Numbered from the stretch's first letter, positions 1 through 8,403 are shown. The stretch is 16,519 nucleotides of DNA from Promethearchaeota archaeon (GCA_048938445.1 JBHLME010000099.1:1-16519); one strand, 5' to 3'. Numbers and translations are program-made. The notes: a model not told the origin generated them from the letters alone.

Positions 1-56
1 CAGTTATTCCTATACATGTTATTAAAGTAGCCCAACATTTTTTTGACATTATCCAT
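1..56 (-). CDS. Possible 5' end of a gene running off the left edge (MDNVKKMLGYFNNMYRNN...)
   Basis: ATG at 56-54 opens a frame that stays open to the window edge, with AT-rich TATA-like sequence at about 98-117 upstream. Only 18 codons are visible. Confidence 0.3.
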   Translation of the reverse strand, partial: MDNVKKMLGYFNNMYRNN

Positions 57-326
57 ATCAGCTTTATTTCGAATTTTGGTATTAGTGTAATATCTCTTTT
101 ATAATATATAAATATAATTTTTTCATTGAGTTATGGGCATTTAATTCTGGATTTTAATTTTTATTTTAATATCAAATTTCATATTGTTTTATTAGGAAAA
201 AAGATGATCATCGTGAAACATTGATTTCAAGTAATTTTATGTATATAGAAGTAATATATCGGTATATCTTCAGGTATTATTTTTGACTATAAAAAGATGG
301 GGTAAACAAACTAGTTCATTTTTATA

Positions 327-1244
327 TTAAAAAATAATAGCAGCATATGTTTTTAATTCTCTCACTCGTCTCGTTATGGTTATGTGATTCTTTTTTGTTA
401 CTTCACATAATTGTTTTATCGTGCGCCTTTCATTGCATAATTTTGACGCGATATACAAGGCACCTGCCGCTACACCCTTTGGTTCTTTCCCAGATGCAAC
501 AAATCCTTTCTTTCGTGCTTTTTTAATTATATCTTTTGCTATGGCTCCGCATTTTACAGATAAATTTAAATCTGATTGAAACCTGTCTATGTATTTTTCA
601 GGGGTATAATGCTCCAATTTATATCCCAAATCGGGTAAGACTTCTTTATTAATTAACCAACAATTTCTAATGAATTTCTTTTTGTTGAGCTCTAAAGCGT
701 CAATGAATTCCTCAAGAAAATGGTTGGTTTTGTTTATTCTCGCAGCACAAAATAGAGATGCTGTAATTAAATAAATCCTGCTCCTGCCGATGGCAAGTTT
801 CTTCATAATTGATTTTTTATAAATATCGAGTCCTTCTCGAGCTATTTTATGGGAAATGCTTAAATTTTCCCTAAGAATTTTAAATATGGGGAAGATATAC
901 CAAAAGTTATATTCAAATGGATCCGTAAATGATCTTTGGATTTTCGATAATCTCTCAAATTTTTTCACGACGTTTGATGGTAATGCATTTCCTTTTGCAT
1001 CCCTTTTCCCTTTTACTGTTGTTCGATAACCTATATTAAAAAAAACAGGTTCATTGATCTTTCTCTCATTTATATCTTTTTTATCGTACATTCTTCTAGG
1101 AGAAAGATCAAGTATTTTTGAGAAAGCATGTCCACAGTTAATACAGACATTATACCCATTATCACTATGAATATGAGGTAGATCACAACAATAATAGTTC
1201 ACTTGCTCTTCAAAGAAAACATTGTTGCTATCATTAACAATCAT
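327..1244 (-). CDS. tfb: Transcription initiation factor IIB (TFB/TFIIB) paralogue, divergent
   Basis: N-terminal zinc ribbon (CC-x12-VCINCG), linker 'RDAKGNAL...FERLSKIQ', and two cyclin-like repeats with GRS and 'GKEPKGVAAGALYIA' motifs, ending in a C-terminal HTH '...ITITRRVREL'. Confidence 0.9.
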   Translation of the reverse strand: MIVNDSNNVFFEEQVNYYCCDLPHIHSDNGYNVCINCGHAFSKILDLSPRRMYDKKDINERKINEPVFFNIGYRTTVKGKRDAKGNALPSNVVKKFERLSKIQRSFTDPFEYNFWYIFPIFKILRENLSISHKIAREGLDIYKKSIMKKLAIGRSRIYLITASLFCAARINKTNHFLEEFIDALELNKKKFIRNCWLINKEVLPDLGYKLEHYTPEKYIDRFQSDLNLSVKCGAIAKDIIKKARKKGFVASGKEPKGVAAGALYIASKLCNERRTIKQLCEVTKKNHITITRRVRELKTYAAIIF

Positions 1245-1296
1245 TTGTATACACCAATTAAGACTAGTTAGCTACTATTGATCATATCAAGTGGCT

Positions 1297-1306
1297 CTAT
1301 TTAAAA
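1297..1306 (-). promoter_or_regulatory. Candidate TATA box of tfb (TTTTAAATAG on the minus strand)
   Basis: Archaeal TATA-like sequence about 55 nt upstream of the ATG at 1244, preceded by a purine-rich stretch. Specificity is limited in AT-rich DNA. Confidence 0.4.
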
Positions 1307-1319
1307 CTAAATTCTCTTT

Positions 1320-1351
1320 TTTTAGATAAAAATCATTTTTTTTATCTAAAA
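1320..1351. repeat. Perfect 13-bp inverted repeat TTTTAGATAAAAA-N6-TTTTTATCTAAAA upstream of the tfb promoter
   Basis: Arms at 1320-1332 and 1339-1351 are exact reverse complements. Confidence 0.6.
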
Positions 1352-1774
1352 TAAAAAATTGATAATGTTCTGTAATTAAAGTTGATAAAAAAAAAATTAA
1401 GGAGAGAGCCTAAAATTATTCAATTTTATCAAATATATTTTTTTTTATTTATTTAAAAATAAAAAAATAACGAAAAAGGGCATTCTGGTATGAAAGAAAA
1501 AAGATCTAAGGATTTCAAAAAAAAAAAATTATATATAAAAAAAAAATTCATAAAGCATTTTTTTTCAACACTAATTCCAATTCTTTTTGTTAAAAAATCT
1601 AAAAAATCTAAATTCAATATTAATAAAATAAATATAATAATTAGAGTAGGAGATCAATTTGTTAATTTAATTAATCTGATTCTATATTGTAATGGATTTT
1701 ATAAAATTATCTAATTATAAGAAATAATCTATAGAGACCTCTTTCTCTCTAAATCCTATGCGGTCTACTATGAA

Positions 1775-2332
1775 TTAAAATTCATAAAAACATTTTGTAC
1801 AAACTCTTTTCTTCGCGTATATTCGTCGTGGTACATAACTTATAATCTTGTTCTTATCATCAACTTCTTTAATGGCAAAACCCATTGCTCCGCAGTGGGG
1901 ACAGATTCTTTTTAATGTACCTTTTGAAGTTTTTAGTTGATATTGTTGTTTCTCTTGAGGAACATGAGATTTGAGTGGTTTGACTCTTGGTATTGAAACT
2001 GGATGGGATGTATTAATCGGATTCGATTGTACTTTAAGGACGGGAGTTAAACCAGGATGCTTAATATGATCAGGTGTGATATTGACCCTAACGTCATAAG
2101 CGGGGGGTCCTACTGGATCAATTCGAGGGGGACTGGTAGGATCTGGTCCTCTATATACAATTTTGTTTTGTAATTGAGCTTGCAAGCGAGAATTTTCTTC
2201 CATTAATTGTTTAATCTGATAATCTTTCTCGTTGATGATGATAGAAAACTTTTTTAGTTCATTTTCTAATTCTTCAATGGTTAAGTTTAATGTATCAATG
2301 CGATCTTCGTAATCTTTGTACATTTCATACAT
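1775..2332 (-). CDS. Hypothetical protein: N-terminal coiled coil, Pro-rich linker, C-terminal zinc ribbon (CPHCG...CTKC)
   Basis: Heptad-like E/K/L/Q-rich N-terminus, Pro-rich middle and two CxxC pairs. The start is more likely ATG 2332 than GTG 2347, because that GTG lies inside an SD-like AAGGTGA. Confidence 0.8.
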   Translation of the reverse strand: MYEMYKDYEDRIDTLNLTIEELENELKKFSIIINEKDYQIKQLMEENSRLQAQLQNKIVYRGPDPTSPPRIDPVGPPAYDVRVNITPDHIKHPGLTPVLKVQSNPINTSHPVSIPRVKPLKSHVPQEKQQYQLKTSKGTLKRICPHCGAMGFAIKEVDDKNKIISYVPRRIYAKKRVCTKCFYEF

Positions 2333-2614
2333 CGTGTGGACTTTCACCTTATCTTTTCTTTACTATATATTTTATATAAAGACTAATTAATTTGAATTCC
2401 GAAATATATTTAAATATATTCTATTATAATATTTTTTACGTATAAAAATATCAAGTTATTTTAAGAGATCTCATCATTTTATTCATATCTTATTCAGTTT
2501 CTTAATTTTAAGACAAAATCCTACTACTCTCTCTAATATTTGAATGTATATTCTTGATAATTGATTACTTCTTTTGGAATAGCATAAATTTTAAATAAAA
2601 ACTTGGAATAAAAG

Positions 2615-3049
2615 ATGCATATGAAATTAACAAGTAATGATTTCATGAATAATGAATTGATGGATAAGAAATTTTCATATAGAGGTGGAAATATTTCCCC
2701 TCATTTGAAATGGGATGACATTCCAAACGATACAAAAAGTTTTGCTCTTTCCTGTAATGATCCTGATGCGCCTATTGGTGATTGGATACATTGGTATGTG
2801 ATTAATATTCCTAAAAATATTCAAGAAATTCCACAAGGAGGCCCTATTCCGGGAGAAGAATTGAAAAATGATTATGGCCAAAAGGGTTATGGCGGACCGG
2901 CCCCACCTAGCGGTACTCACAGGTATTTTTTTCGAATCTATGCACTTGACCAGGAAAAACTTAAAGATGTGAATAAAAAAACATTTCAAGATACAATAAA
3001 AAAGCATTCTATAGCTGCGGGAGAACTCATTGGACTTTATAAAAGTTAG
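2615..3049 (+). CDS. YbhB/YbcL family (PEBP/Raf kinase inhibitor-like) protein
   Basis: Signature motifs 'NISPHLKW', 'DPDAP', 'WIHW' and 'GYGGPAPPSGTHRYFFRIYALD'. The start may be ATG 2615 or 2621. Confidence 0.93.
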   Translation: MHMKLTSNDFMNNELMDKKFSYRGGNISPHLKWDDIPNDTKSFALSCNDPDAPIGDWIHWYVINIPKNIQEIPQGGPIPGEELKNDYGQKGYGGPAPPSGTHRYFFRIYALDQEKLKDVNKKTFQDTIKKHSIAAGELIGLYKS

Positions 3050-3259
3050 ATGAACCATGTTGTTAAACTTAAACCACTGAAAATAAAGATGAATAATTGT
3101 TACGATTTTACATAATTAACTTTTCATGATAGATAAATATATATAACTGTTGACATGATCCATAAGTAGAGGTCTATCAATTTTCCAGATACGGTAAAGT
3201 CTTTTAAGTCATGTTATTTAGGTGCATTACTTTCACATTACGATTGAATAGAAAAAATA

Positions 3260-3520
3260 TTGATCTCAAAAAAAGAAAAAGGTACTTTAAATTTGATGGA
3301 AGAACCAAGTTTGGATAATCTTAAGTTAGAATTAAGGGAAAAAGAGAAGGTTATCGAAGAACAAGCAAGAATAATAGAAATATTAAGAGAGTCAAATACA
3401 TTAATAAAGCAAGTTAATAAAAAAATACTTGATGATAAAGATAATACAATCAGGTTATTGAATGAAAAAATAAAAAATTTACAACGAGAACTCAAAAAAT
3501 ATATTTCTCTGACGATCTAG
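3260..3520 (+). CDS. Small coiled-coil hypothetical protein (start possibly ATG 3296)
   Basis: Charged heptad pattern 'LKLELREKEKVIEEQARIIEIL...LNEKIKNLQREL'. Its stop overlaps the convergent gene's stop at CTAG 3517-3520. A TATA-like TAAATATATAA lies at about 3135. Confidence 0.6.
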   Translation: MISKKEKGTLNLMEEPSLDNLKLELREKEKVIEEQARIIEILRESNTLIKQVNKKILDDKDNTIRLLNEKIKNLQRELKKYISLTI

Positions 3521-3735
3521 GGAAAGACGGGTTCCCTAACTAATGTGATTACAGAATCGAATCCAGGAATTACACCATCATATTCAACTAGTCCACGATC
3601 TTTCATTTTTTTTAAGATAAGTCTAACACCCTCGAATTCATTCTCACAAGCTTTTTGTAATTCTCCGTAGTTTATTGAATTTTTTTCTTTTAATATGTTT
3701 AAAATGAAGTTTTCTTCTTCAGAAAGTCCACTCAT
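3517..3735 (-). CDS. Small stand-alone winged-helix (wHTH) protein
   Basis: 'LSEEENFILNILKEKNSINYGEL...LILKKMKDRGLVEY' matches a wHTH helix pattern with a KxxGLV wing. An SD-like AAGGA precedes the ATG. Confidence 0.7.
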   Translation of the reverse strand: MSGLSEEENFILNILKEKNSINYGELQKACENEFEGVRLILKKMKDRGLVEYDGVIPGFDSVITLVREPVFP

Positions 3736-3792
3736 AAGTTTTCCTTAAAAATTTTAATATTTAAAGATTTGTTTTTTTTATCCTTTATATTA

Positions 3793-4036
3793 CTATTCTA
3801 TCTTAGGTTCAGAACTATTAGATATTTCTTCTAAGTATTCGACTTGCTTATCATGAGGTAAAAAAGCCAATTCTTGTTTAATTTTTTTTTTTTTTTTTTT
3901 CCTCAATGTCCAATTCGTTAATTCTATCTCTTATATCCGATTTTAAAGTAGTAAATATCCTTGAAAAATATTTTTTAACTATTCCACTTTTTTCTAATTC
4001 AAAATCTTCCTTCTCATCACTGGTTTCTGCATTCAT
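3793..4036 (-). pseudogene. About 80-aa hypothetical gene, frameshifted (+1) at an A19 tract; absent from the ORF track
   Basis: ATG 4036 follows AAAGGA and reads MNAETSDEKEDFELEKSGIVKKYFSRIFTTLKSDIRDRINELDIEEKKKKK-N-stop (3878). Removing one A continues the frame as IKQELAFLPHDKQVEYLEEISNSSEPKIE-TAG (3793). The span is 244 nt = 81 codons + 1. Confidence 0.7.
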
Positions 4037-4326
4037 AGTTAATTCCTTTTTAAAATTTTATAATAGAATCATTCATATATAAAATTAGAATATAATTTAT
4101 ATTGTATTAATAAAAAAATCAATGAAATTAGTATTAAATTAATTGGAGTCCAATATTTCTAAATTTAATATGTATAAAAAAGTAGCACTTATGATCAGTT
4201 GTTCTATTTTCAGGTAGGTTTCTCAATTATTTTAACAAACACTTAACCTCATACATATACCACATATCTCGTTAGAAATAATGAAAAAATAAAAAATAAG
4301 ATTTTTTTGAATAAAAAATTCCTTTT

Positions 4327-5007
4327 TTATTTTGATTTGAGTTTGGGTAGGTAAATTCCAAGAAAATAACAGATGAATGTACAATATAGGGAGATCATTC
4401 CAATTACAATGAATACAATATTCTGTGTGATTCCAAATGCGGAGATGATGATAAAAAAAAACAAGAAAATTATAGATCCTATTCCCATGATGTTAAGTTC
4501 TTTTCTCCGCATTGTGGATTTTTTAGCTATTTTCAGAAAACTGTATCCTAGATGAGCATAAGTTATCATTCCATAAAGGGACATAATGATATATGTTGAA
4601 ATTCTAAAATCATTTTCCTGAGCTGGAAAATAATTGAATGGTAATAGAATCCAAATAATCACGAATATCCCAATTGCTACTTCTATTAATTTATTTAGCT
4701 GCTTAACATCTGCAAATCCAGTATGAAATAAAACGATAAATATTACTCCCGCAATGATAAATGCAAATGCAAATATATTCAGTTGAAAATAGAGATCAAT
4801 GCTTCCTCCTGCAAGGTATGACACATAATGTCCAATTAAAAACATGATGAATGCCAAAATGAAAGACATATACGACAAACCTAAATAAAGAGCGGTTTTT
4901 TGTTTTTGTTTAAAGTAACCTAAAAGGGTACTGATTAAAAATAAACTTAACATTACGTTGAGACCAATAGTAATAATAAACATCAATAAATGTTCAAAAG
5001 CATTCAT
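4327..5007 (-). CDS. Seven-transmembrane hypothetical protein (stand-alone receptor-like 7TM)
   Basis: Seven hydrophobic segments with basic loops (KQKQK, KKSTMRRK) and no soluble domain. There is no Lys inside TM7, so it is not a rhodopsin. Confidence 0.8.
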   Translation of the reverse strand: MNAFEHLLMFIITIGLNVMLSLFLISTLLGYFKQKQKTALYLGLSYMSFILAFIMFLIGHYVSYLAGGSIDLYFQLNIFAFAFIIAGVIFIVLFHTGFADVKQLNKLIEVAIGIFVIIWILLPFNYFPAQENDFRISTYIIMSLYGMITYAHLGYSFLKIAKKSTMRRKELNIMGIGSIIFLFFFIIISAFGITQNIVFIVIGMISLYCTFICYFLGIYLPKLKSK

Positions 5008-5206
5008 AAAAATCTAATATTGGTCTGATCATTTAAAGTTTTTGTTGTATGGACTTTTATTTAGTATTAGTTAAATAGAAAAATTTTCTTAATTTATGAG
5101 GAAAATCATGTTTCTATAATGCCTATATATTACTCAAGTAAATCTATGAATGCACTTTAAATATCATCGAAATTACATATAATTATAAATTTTTTTGCTT
5201 ATCATC

Positions 5207-6049
5207 ATGGTTCAAATATTTATTAATTGCCCAATCTGTTCTAAAAAGGGCACGATGGATATAGATGAAAATGTTATAACTCAGAATAGTCGGGGGATTA
5301 CTACCATCTCTGTTTCAAAAGTTCTATGTGAGCATTCTTTTATCGCCTATATTGATAATAAATTTGACGTGAGAGATACCTTCATCACGGATTTAACATT
5401 GGAAAGTCCTGAACTTGAACTTGATAATTTAAGTCTTGGAAAGACACCCGATCAAGAGACAATAAATGTTTTTTTGATTACAATTAACTTACATCCCTCA
5501 ACCCTCACTTATATCTTACGTGCTTGTTTTAATAATGAAAAAGTTTTATTGATTAATAATATAGAAATCGTGCACAAGCATCTGATTAATTTCATGCATT
5601 ATATATTTGTCAACACCTTTGCAATTAATTTTATGGTAATAAATAGAGTAGATTTTCAAAAAAATAGAAAATTGTTTAAAGATTATCTCATTATTGATGA
5701 TTTAAGAGTATTAAATGATAAGAATAAGGTATTAAAAGCTAAAAAATTTGAAGTTGAAAGAAACATTGTCCACTCATTCTTCAACGAAATCTCACCTGAT
5801 ATAAGTTTAAATAATATAAAAAAGGAAATTGCTAAAGCCTTTAAATTATCAAATGATGTTCTCGTATATGTCCTAAATCTGGATGAGAGTGAGGCCTTAG
5901 ATGCTAAAGATTTGACTAAGTTTTTAGAAACTCAATATAATATCAAAATTTCTACAAATTATTTAACATTTTTAATTGATATCGTGAGAAATTTCTATAA
6001 AGTCAATGTTCGCGATGCATCTGATTGCTTGAAATTTTTATGGGATTGA
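5207..6049 (+). CDS. Hypothetical protein with N-terminal Zn-binding motif (CPIC...CEH) and helical C-terminus
   Basis: 'CPICSKKG...RGITTISV...CEHSFIAYIDNKFDVRD' resembles a family I recall as expanded in Lokiarchaeia. ATG 5207 is preferred over TTG 5195. Confidence 0.8.
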   Translation: MVQIFINCPICSKKGTMDIDENVITQNSRGITTISVSKVLCEHSFIAYIDNKFDVRDTFITDLTLESPELELDNLSLGKTPDQETINVFLITINLHPSTLTYILRACFNNEKVLLINNIEIVHKHLINFMHYIFVNTFAINFMVINRVDFQKNRKLFKDYLIIDDLRVLNDKNKVLKAKKFEVERNIVHSFFNEISPDISLNNIKKEIAKAFKLSNDVLVYVLNLDESEALDAKDLTKFLETQYNIKISTNYLTFLIDIVRNFYKVNVRDASDCLKFLWD

Positions 6050-6093
6050 ATAAAAATATAAAAAAAAAAGTATTGATTAAAAGTATTTTAAAA

Positions 6094-6924
6094 TTATATT
6101 ACCGTTTCAACTTGTTTATCTATCGATGCTTGTAGAAATTCTAATATGGTATTAATTACTCTATCAGGTTCTGGTTGAAAAAAAGAATGAGCCGCATCAT
6201 CAAATAAGATAACTTTTGCATTTGGAATTTGCTTTGCTAAAACTCCTGCGTTTTCTGGCGGTGCCATAATATCTTTTTTGCCATGGATTATAAGTGTTGG
6301 AACGTTGATATTTTTAAGCCTTCTATATGAATTAAATCCCAATATGGCCCCTACTTGACGTTTAAAAGCATCGGGGGTAATTGGTGTTTTGAAGACTATT
6401 TTTTTGACATCTTCTATGTACTCGGGATTTTCATCGATAAATTTTTGTGTATACAACAGTGGTATAGTATCCTCTATGATATCTTCACTGGTTAAATCCT
6501 CTGGAGGATTAGCTAATTTACCCATAACTTCTAGGGAGGGCAATACTTGTTTCGAACCACCACAATTAGTACACCCAAGCACGAGTCTATCAACCTTTTC
6601 TGGATAATTAAGCACTAGTTCTTGGGCAATCATTCCACCCATTGAGACTCCAAATATGTGAGCTTTTTTTATTCCTAATACATTCATTAATGCTACTGTA
6701 TCATCAGTAAACATTTTAATTGAATAGGGTTTTTCAGGACTATCGGTTTTTCCAGCACCTCTATTATCAAAAATAATGACTTTAAAATATTTAGAAAACT
6801 TTTTGATTATATCTTCTGCCCACCAAGAACTATTTGCGCTCAATCCCATTATCATAACGAGTGGTTGCCCCTCTCCATGAATTTCATAATACATGTTTAT
6901 GTCATTAACTTTTATCATTGGCAT
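6094..6924 (-). CDS. Alpha/beta fold hydrolase (Abhydrolase_1; PcaD/MenH-like), paralogue A
   Basis: 'FDNRGAG', nucleophile elbow GVSMGG, acid in 'HGKKD', His in 'DAAH'. SD GAGGTG upstream. Confidence 0.93.
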   Translation of the reverse strand: MPMIKVNDINMYYEIHGEGQPLVMIMGLSANSSWWAEDIIKKFSKYFKVIIFDNRGAGKTDSPEKPYSIKMFTDDTVALMNVLGIKKAHIFGVSMGGMIAQELVLNYPEKVDRLVLGCTNCGGSKQVLPSLEVMGKLANPPEDLTSEDIIEDTIPLLYTQKFIDENPEYIEDVKKIVFKTPITPDAFKRQVGAILGFNSYRRLKNINVPTLIIHGKKDIMAPPENAGVLAKQIPNAKVILFDDAAHSFFQPEPDRVINTILEFLQASIDKQVETVI

Positions 6925-6948
6925 GTAAAATTCACCTCTATTATATTA

Positions 6949-6965
6949 TCATAGATTTTCCATGA
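6949..6965 (-). promoter_or_regulatory. Leader hairpin/operator copy A (mRNA sense UCAUGGA-AAA-UCUAUGA)
   Basis: Inverted repeat 25-41 nt upstream of ATG 6924, conserved at the same distance in front of paralogue B. Confidence 0.65.
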
Positions 6966-7196
6966 AATATTTGATTCATTTCTAATTAAGATACTAAATT
7001 ATATATTTTTACTTATTTGTCAAAAACCCTAACGGTGATAATTTAAACGAATTATAAATATTTTTTAAAAAATTTCTTGGAAAGATAAATTTAGTTTATC
7101 ATAGTTCACACTTCCTAATTTTAACGTTTCTAATAGTAAAAAGGATATAACAGAACAATTTAGAAATTAAAAAAAAAAATAATATCATTTATTATT

Positions 7197-8027
7197 CTAA
7201 ACAACGGTTTCAACTTGTTTTTCTACTGGTGCCTGTAGAAATTCAACTATGGTATTAAAAACTAATTCTGGTTCTGGCTCAAAAAAAGAATGAGCCGCAT
7301 CATCAAATAATACGACCTTCGCATTCGGTATTTTTTCTGCTAAAATTCCCGCATTTTCTGCAGGAATGAGTCTATCTTCTTTTCCATGAACAACCAAGGT
7401 AGGAACGTTGATATTTTTAAGCCTTCTAAATGAATTGAACCCCATTATTGCCCCTACCTGTCGTTTAAAGGCATCTGGTTCCATGGGATGTTTTAGAAGT
7501 AACTTTTTATAATTCTCTATAAACTCGGGTTCATCATTGATAAATTTTTCTGTAAACAACAGTGGTATTGTATCGTCAATAAATTCTTCGCGAGTTTGGT
7601 CTTCTGGAGCACTTCCTAAAACTTCCAAAACATCTTGTGATGCTAATATTTGCTTGGAACCACCACAATTAGTACAACCAAGAACGAGCTTTTCTACCTT
7701 CTCTGGATAATTAAGATAGAGTTCTTGAGCTATCATCCCTCCCATCGAACAACCCATTACATGAGCCTTCTCTATGTTCAATGCATCCATTAGTGCGGCT
7801 GTATCATCTGCGAATAGTTTTATCGTATATGGTTGATCGGAGATATCGGTTTGTCCGGCATCTCTATTATCGAAAATAATGACTTTATAATATTTAGCGA
7901 AGTTTTCAATAATCTCGGTGGCCCACCAGTCAGAATTAGCACTCAATCCCATTATCATCACAAATGGAAAACCTTTTCCGTGAATTTCATAATACATGTT
8001 TATGTCGTTAACTTTTATCATGGGCAT
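7197..8027 (-). CDS. Alpha/beta fold hydrolase, paralogue B (tandem duplicate)
   Basis: GCSMGG, 'HGKED', 'DAAH'. Same length (276 aa) as paralogue A and about 70% identical without gaps by manual count. SD GAGGTG upstream. Confidence 0.93.
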   Translation of the reverse strand: MPMIKVNDINMYYEIHGKGFPFVMIMGLSANSDWWATEIIENFAKYYKVIIFDNRDAGQTDISDQPYTIKLFADDTAALMDALNIEKAHVMGCSMGGMIAQELYLNYPEKVEKLVLGCTNCGGSKQILASQDVLEVLGSAPEDQTREEFIDDTIPLLFTEKFINDEPEFIENYKKLLLKHPMEPDAFKRQVGAIMGFNSFRRLKNINVPTLVVHGKEDRLIPAENAGILAEKIPNAKVVLFDDAAHSFFEPEPELVFNTIVEFLQAPVEKQVETVV

Positions 8028-8051
8028 GAATAAAACACCTCTTTTGTATTA

Positions 8052-8068
8052 TCATGGATTTTCCATGA
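8052..8068 (-). promoter_or_regulatory. Leader hairpin/operator copy B (perfect inverted repeat TCATGGA-N3-TCCATGA)
   Basis: Perfect 7-bp inverted repeat 25-41 nt upstream of ATG 8027. Confidence 0.65.
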
Positions 8069-8403
8069 AATAATTTATTTACGTGCAATTTAAATGTAAG
8101 AGTATTTAATAGTTCTTCTTCGTAATAGAAATTTTACTATCGTAATGAGTATTAAACTAAAAGTTTTTTAATCAAGTCCTTATATAAGTGAATTAAGATT
8201 TAAATTAATCAGAGAAGTTCAATATATTAGAAGATTTGCACAAATATTAGTAAATTTCTAATTCAAGGAGCATTAAATATAAATCTTATAATTTATAGCA
8301 ACGAGATTTTAAAATTAAAGAATCTTAATTGGTTTAATTGAAAATAATCATAACAATCACTCTTATTTAAAAAACTAGAAATTTTAGATTAGAAAAAATA
8401 TCA

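Noticed and set aside
1490-1714. 74-aa plus-strand ORF
   Set aside because: Low-complexity K/I/N/F sequence produced by A/T runs in very AT-rich intergenic DNA, with no protein-like motif.
2403-2420. 18-bp perfect palindrome AATATATTTAAATATATT between divergent genes
   Set aside because: A/T-only, so plausible by chance at this composition or simply overlapping TATA elements.
2675-3058. 127-aa minus-strand ORF
   Set aside because: Antisense shadow of the well-supported YbhB/YbcL gene.
3238-3495. 85-aa minus-strand ORF
   Set aside because: S/F/I/L-rich antisense shadow of the E/K-rich coiled-coil ORF.
4373-4555. 60-aa plus-strand ORF
   Set aside because: Antisense within the 7TM gene.
4327-5007. 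Rhodopsin call for the 7TM proteins (also 9672-10595)
   Set aside because: No retinal-binding Lys motif in helix 7 of either protein.
6389-8033. Plus-strand ORFs 6389-6607 and 7833-8033
   Set aside because: Antisense shadows of the hydrolases, not conserved between the two paralogues.
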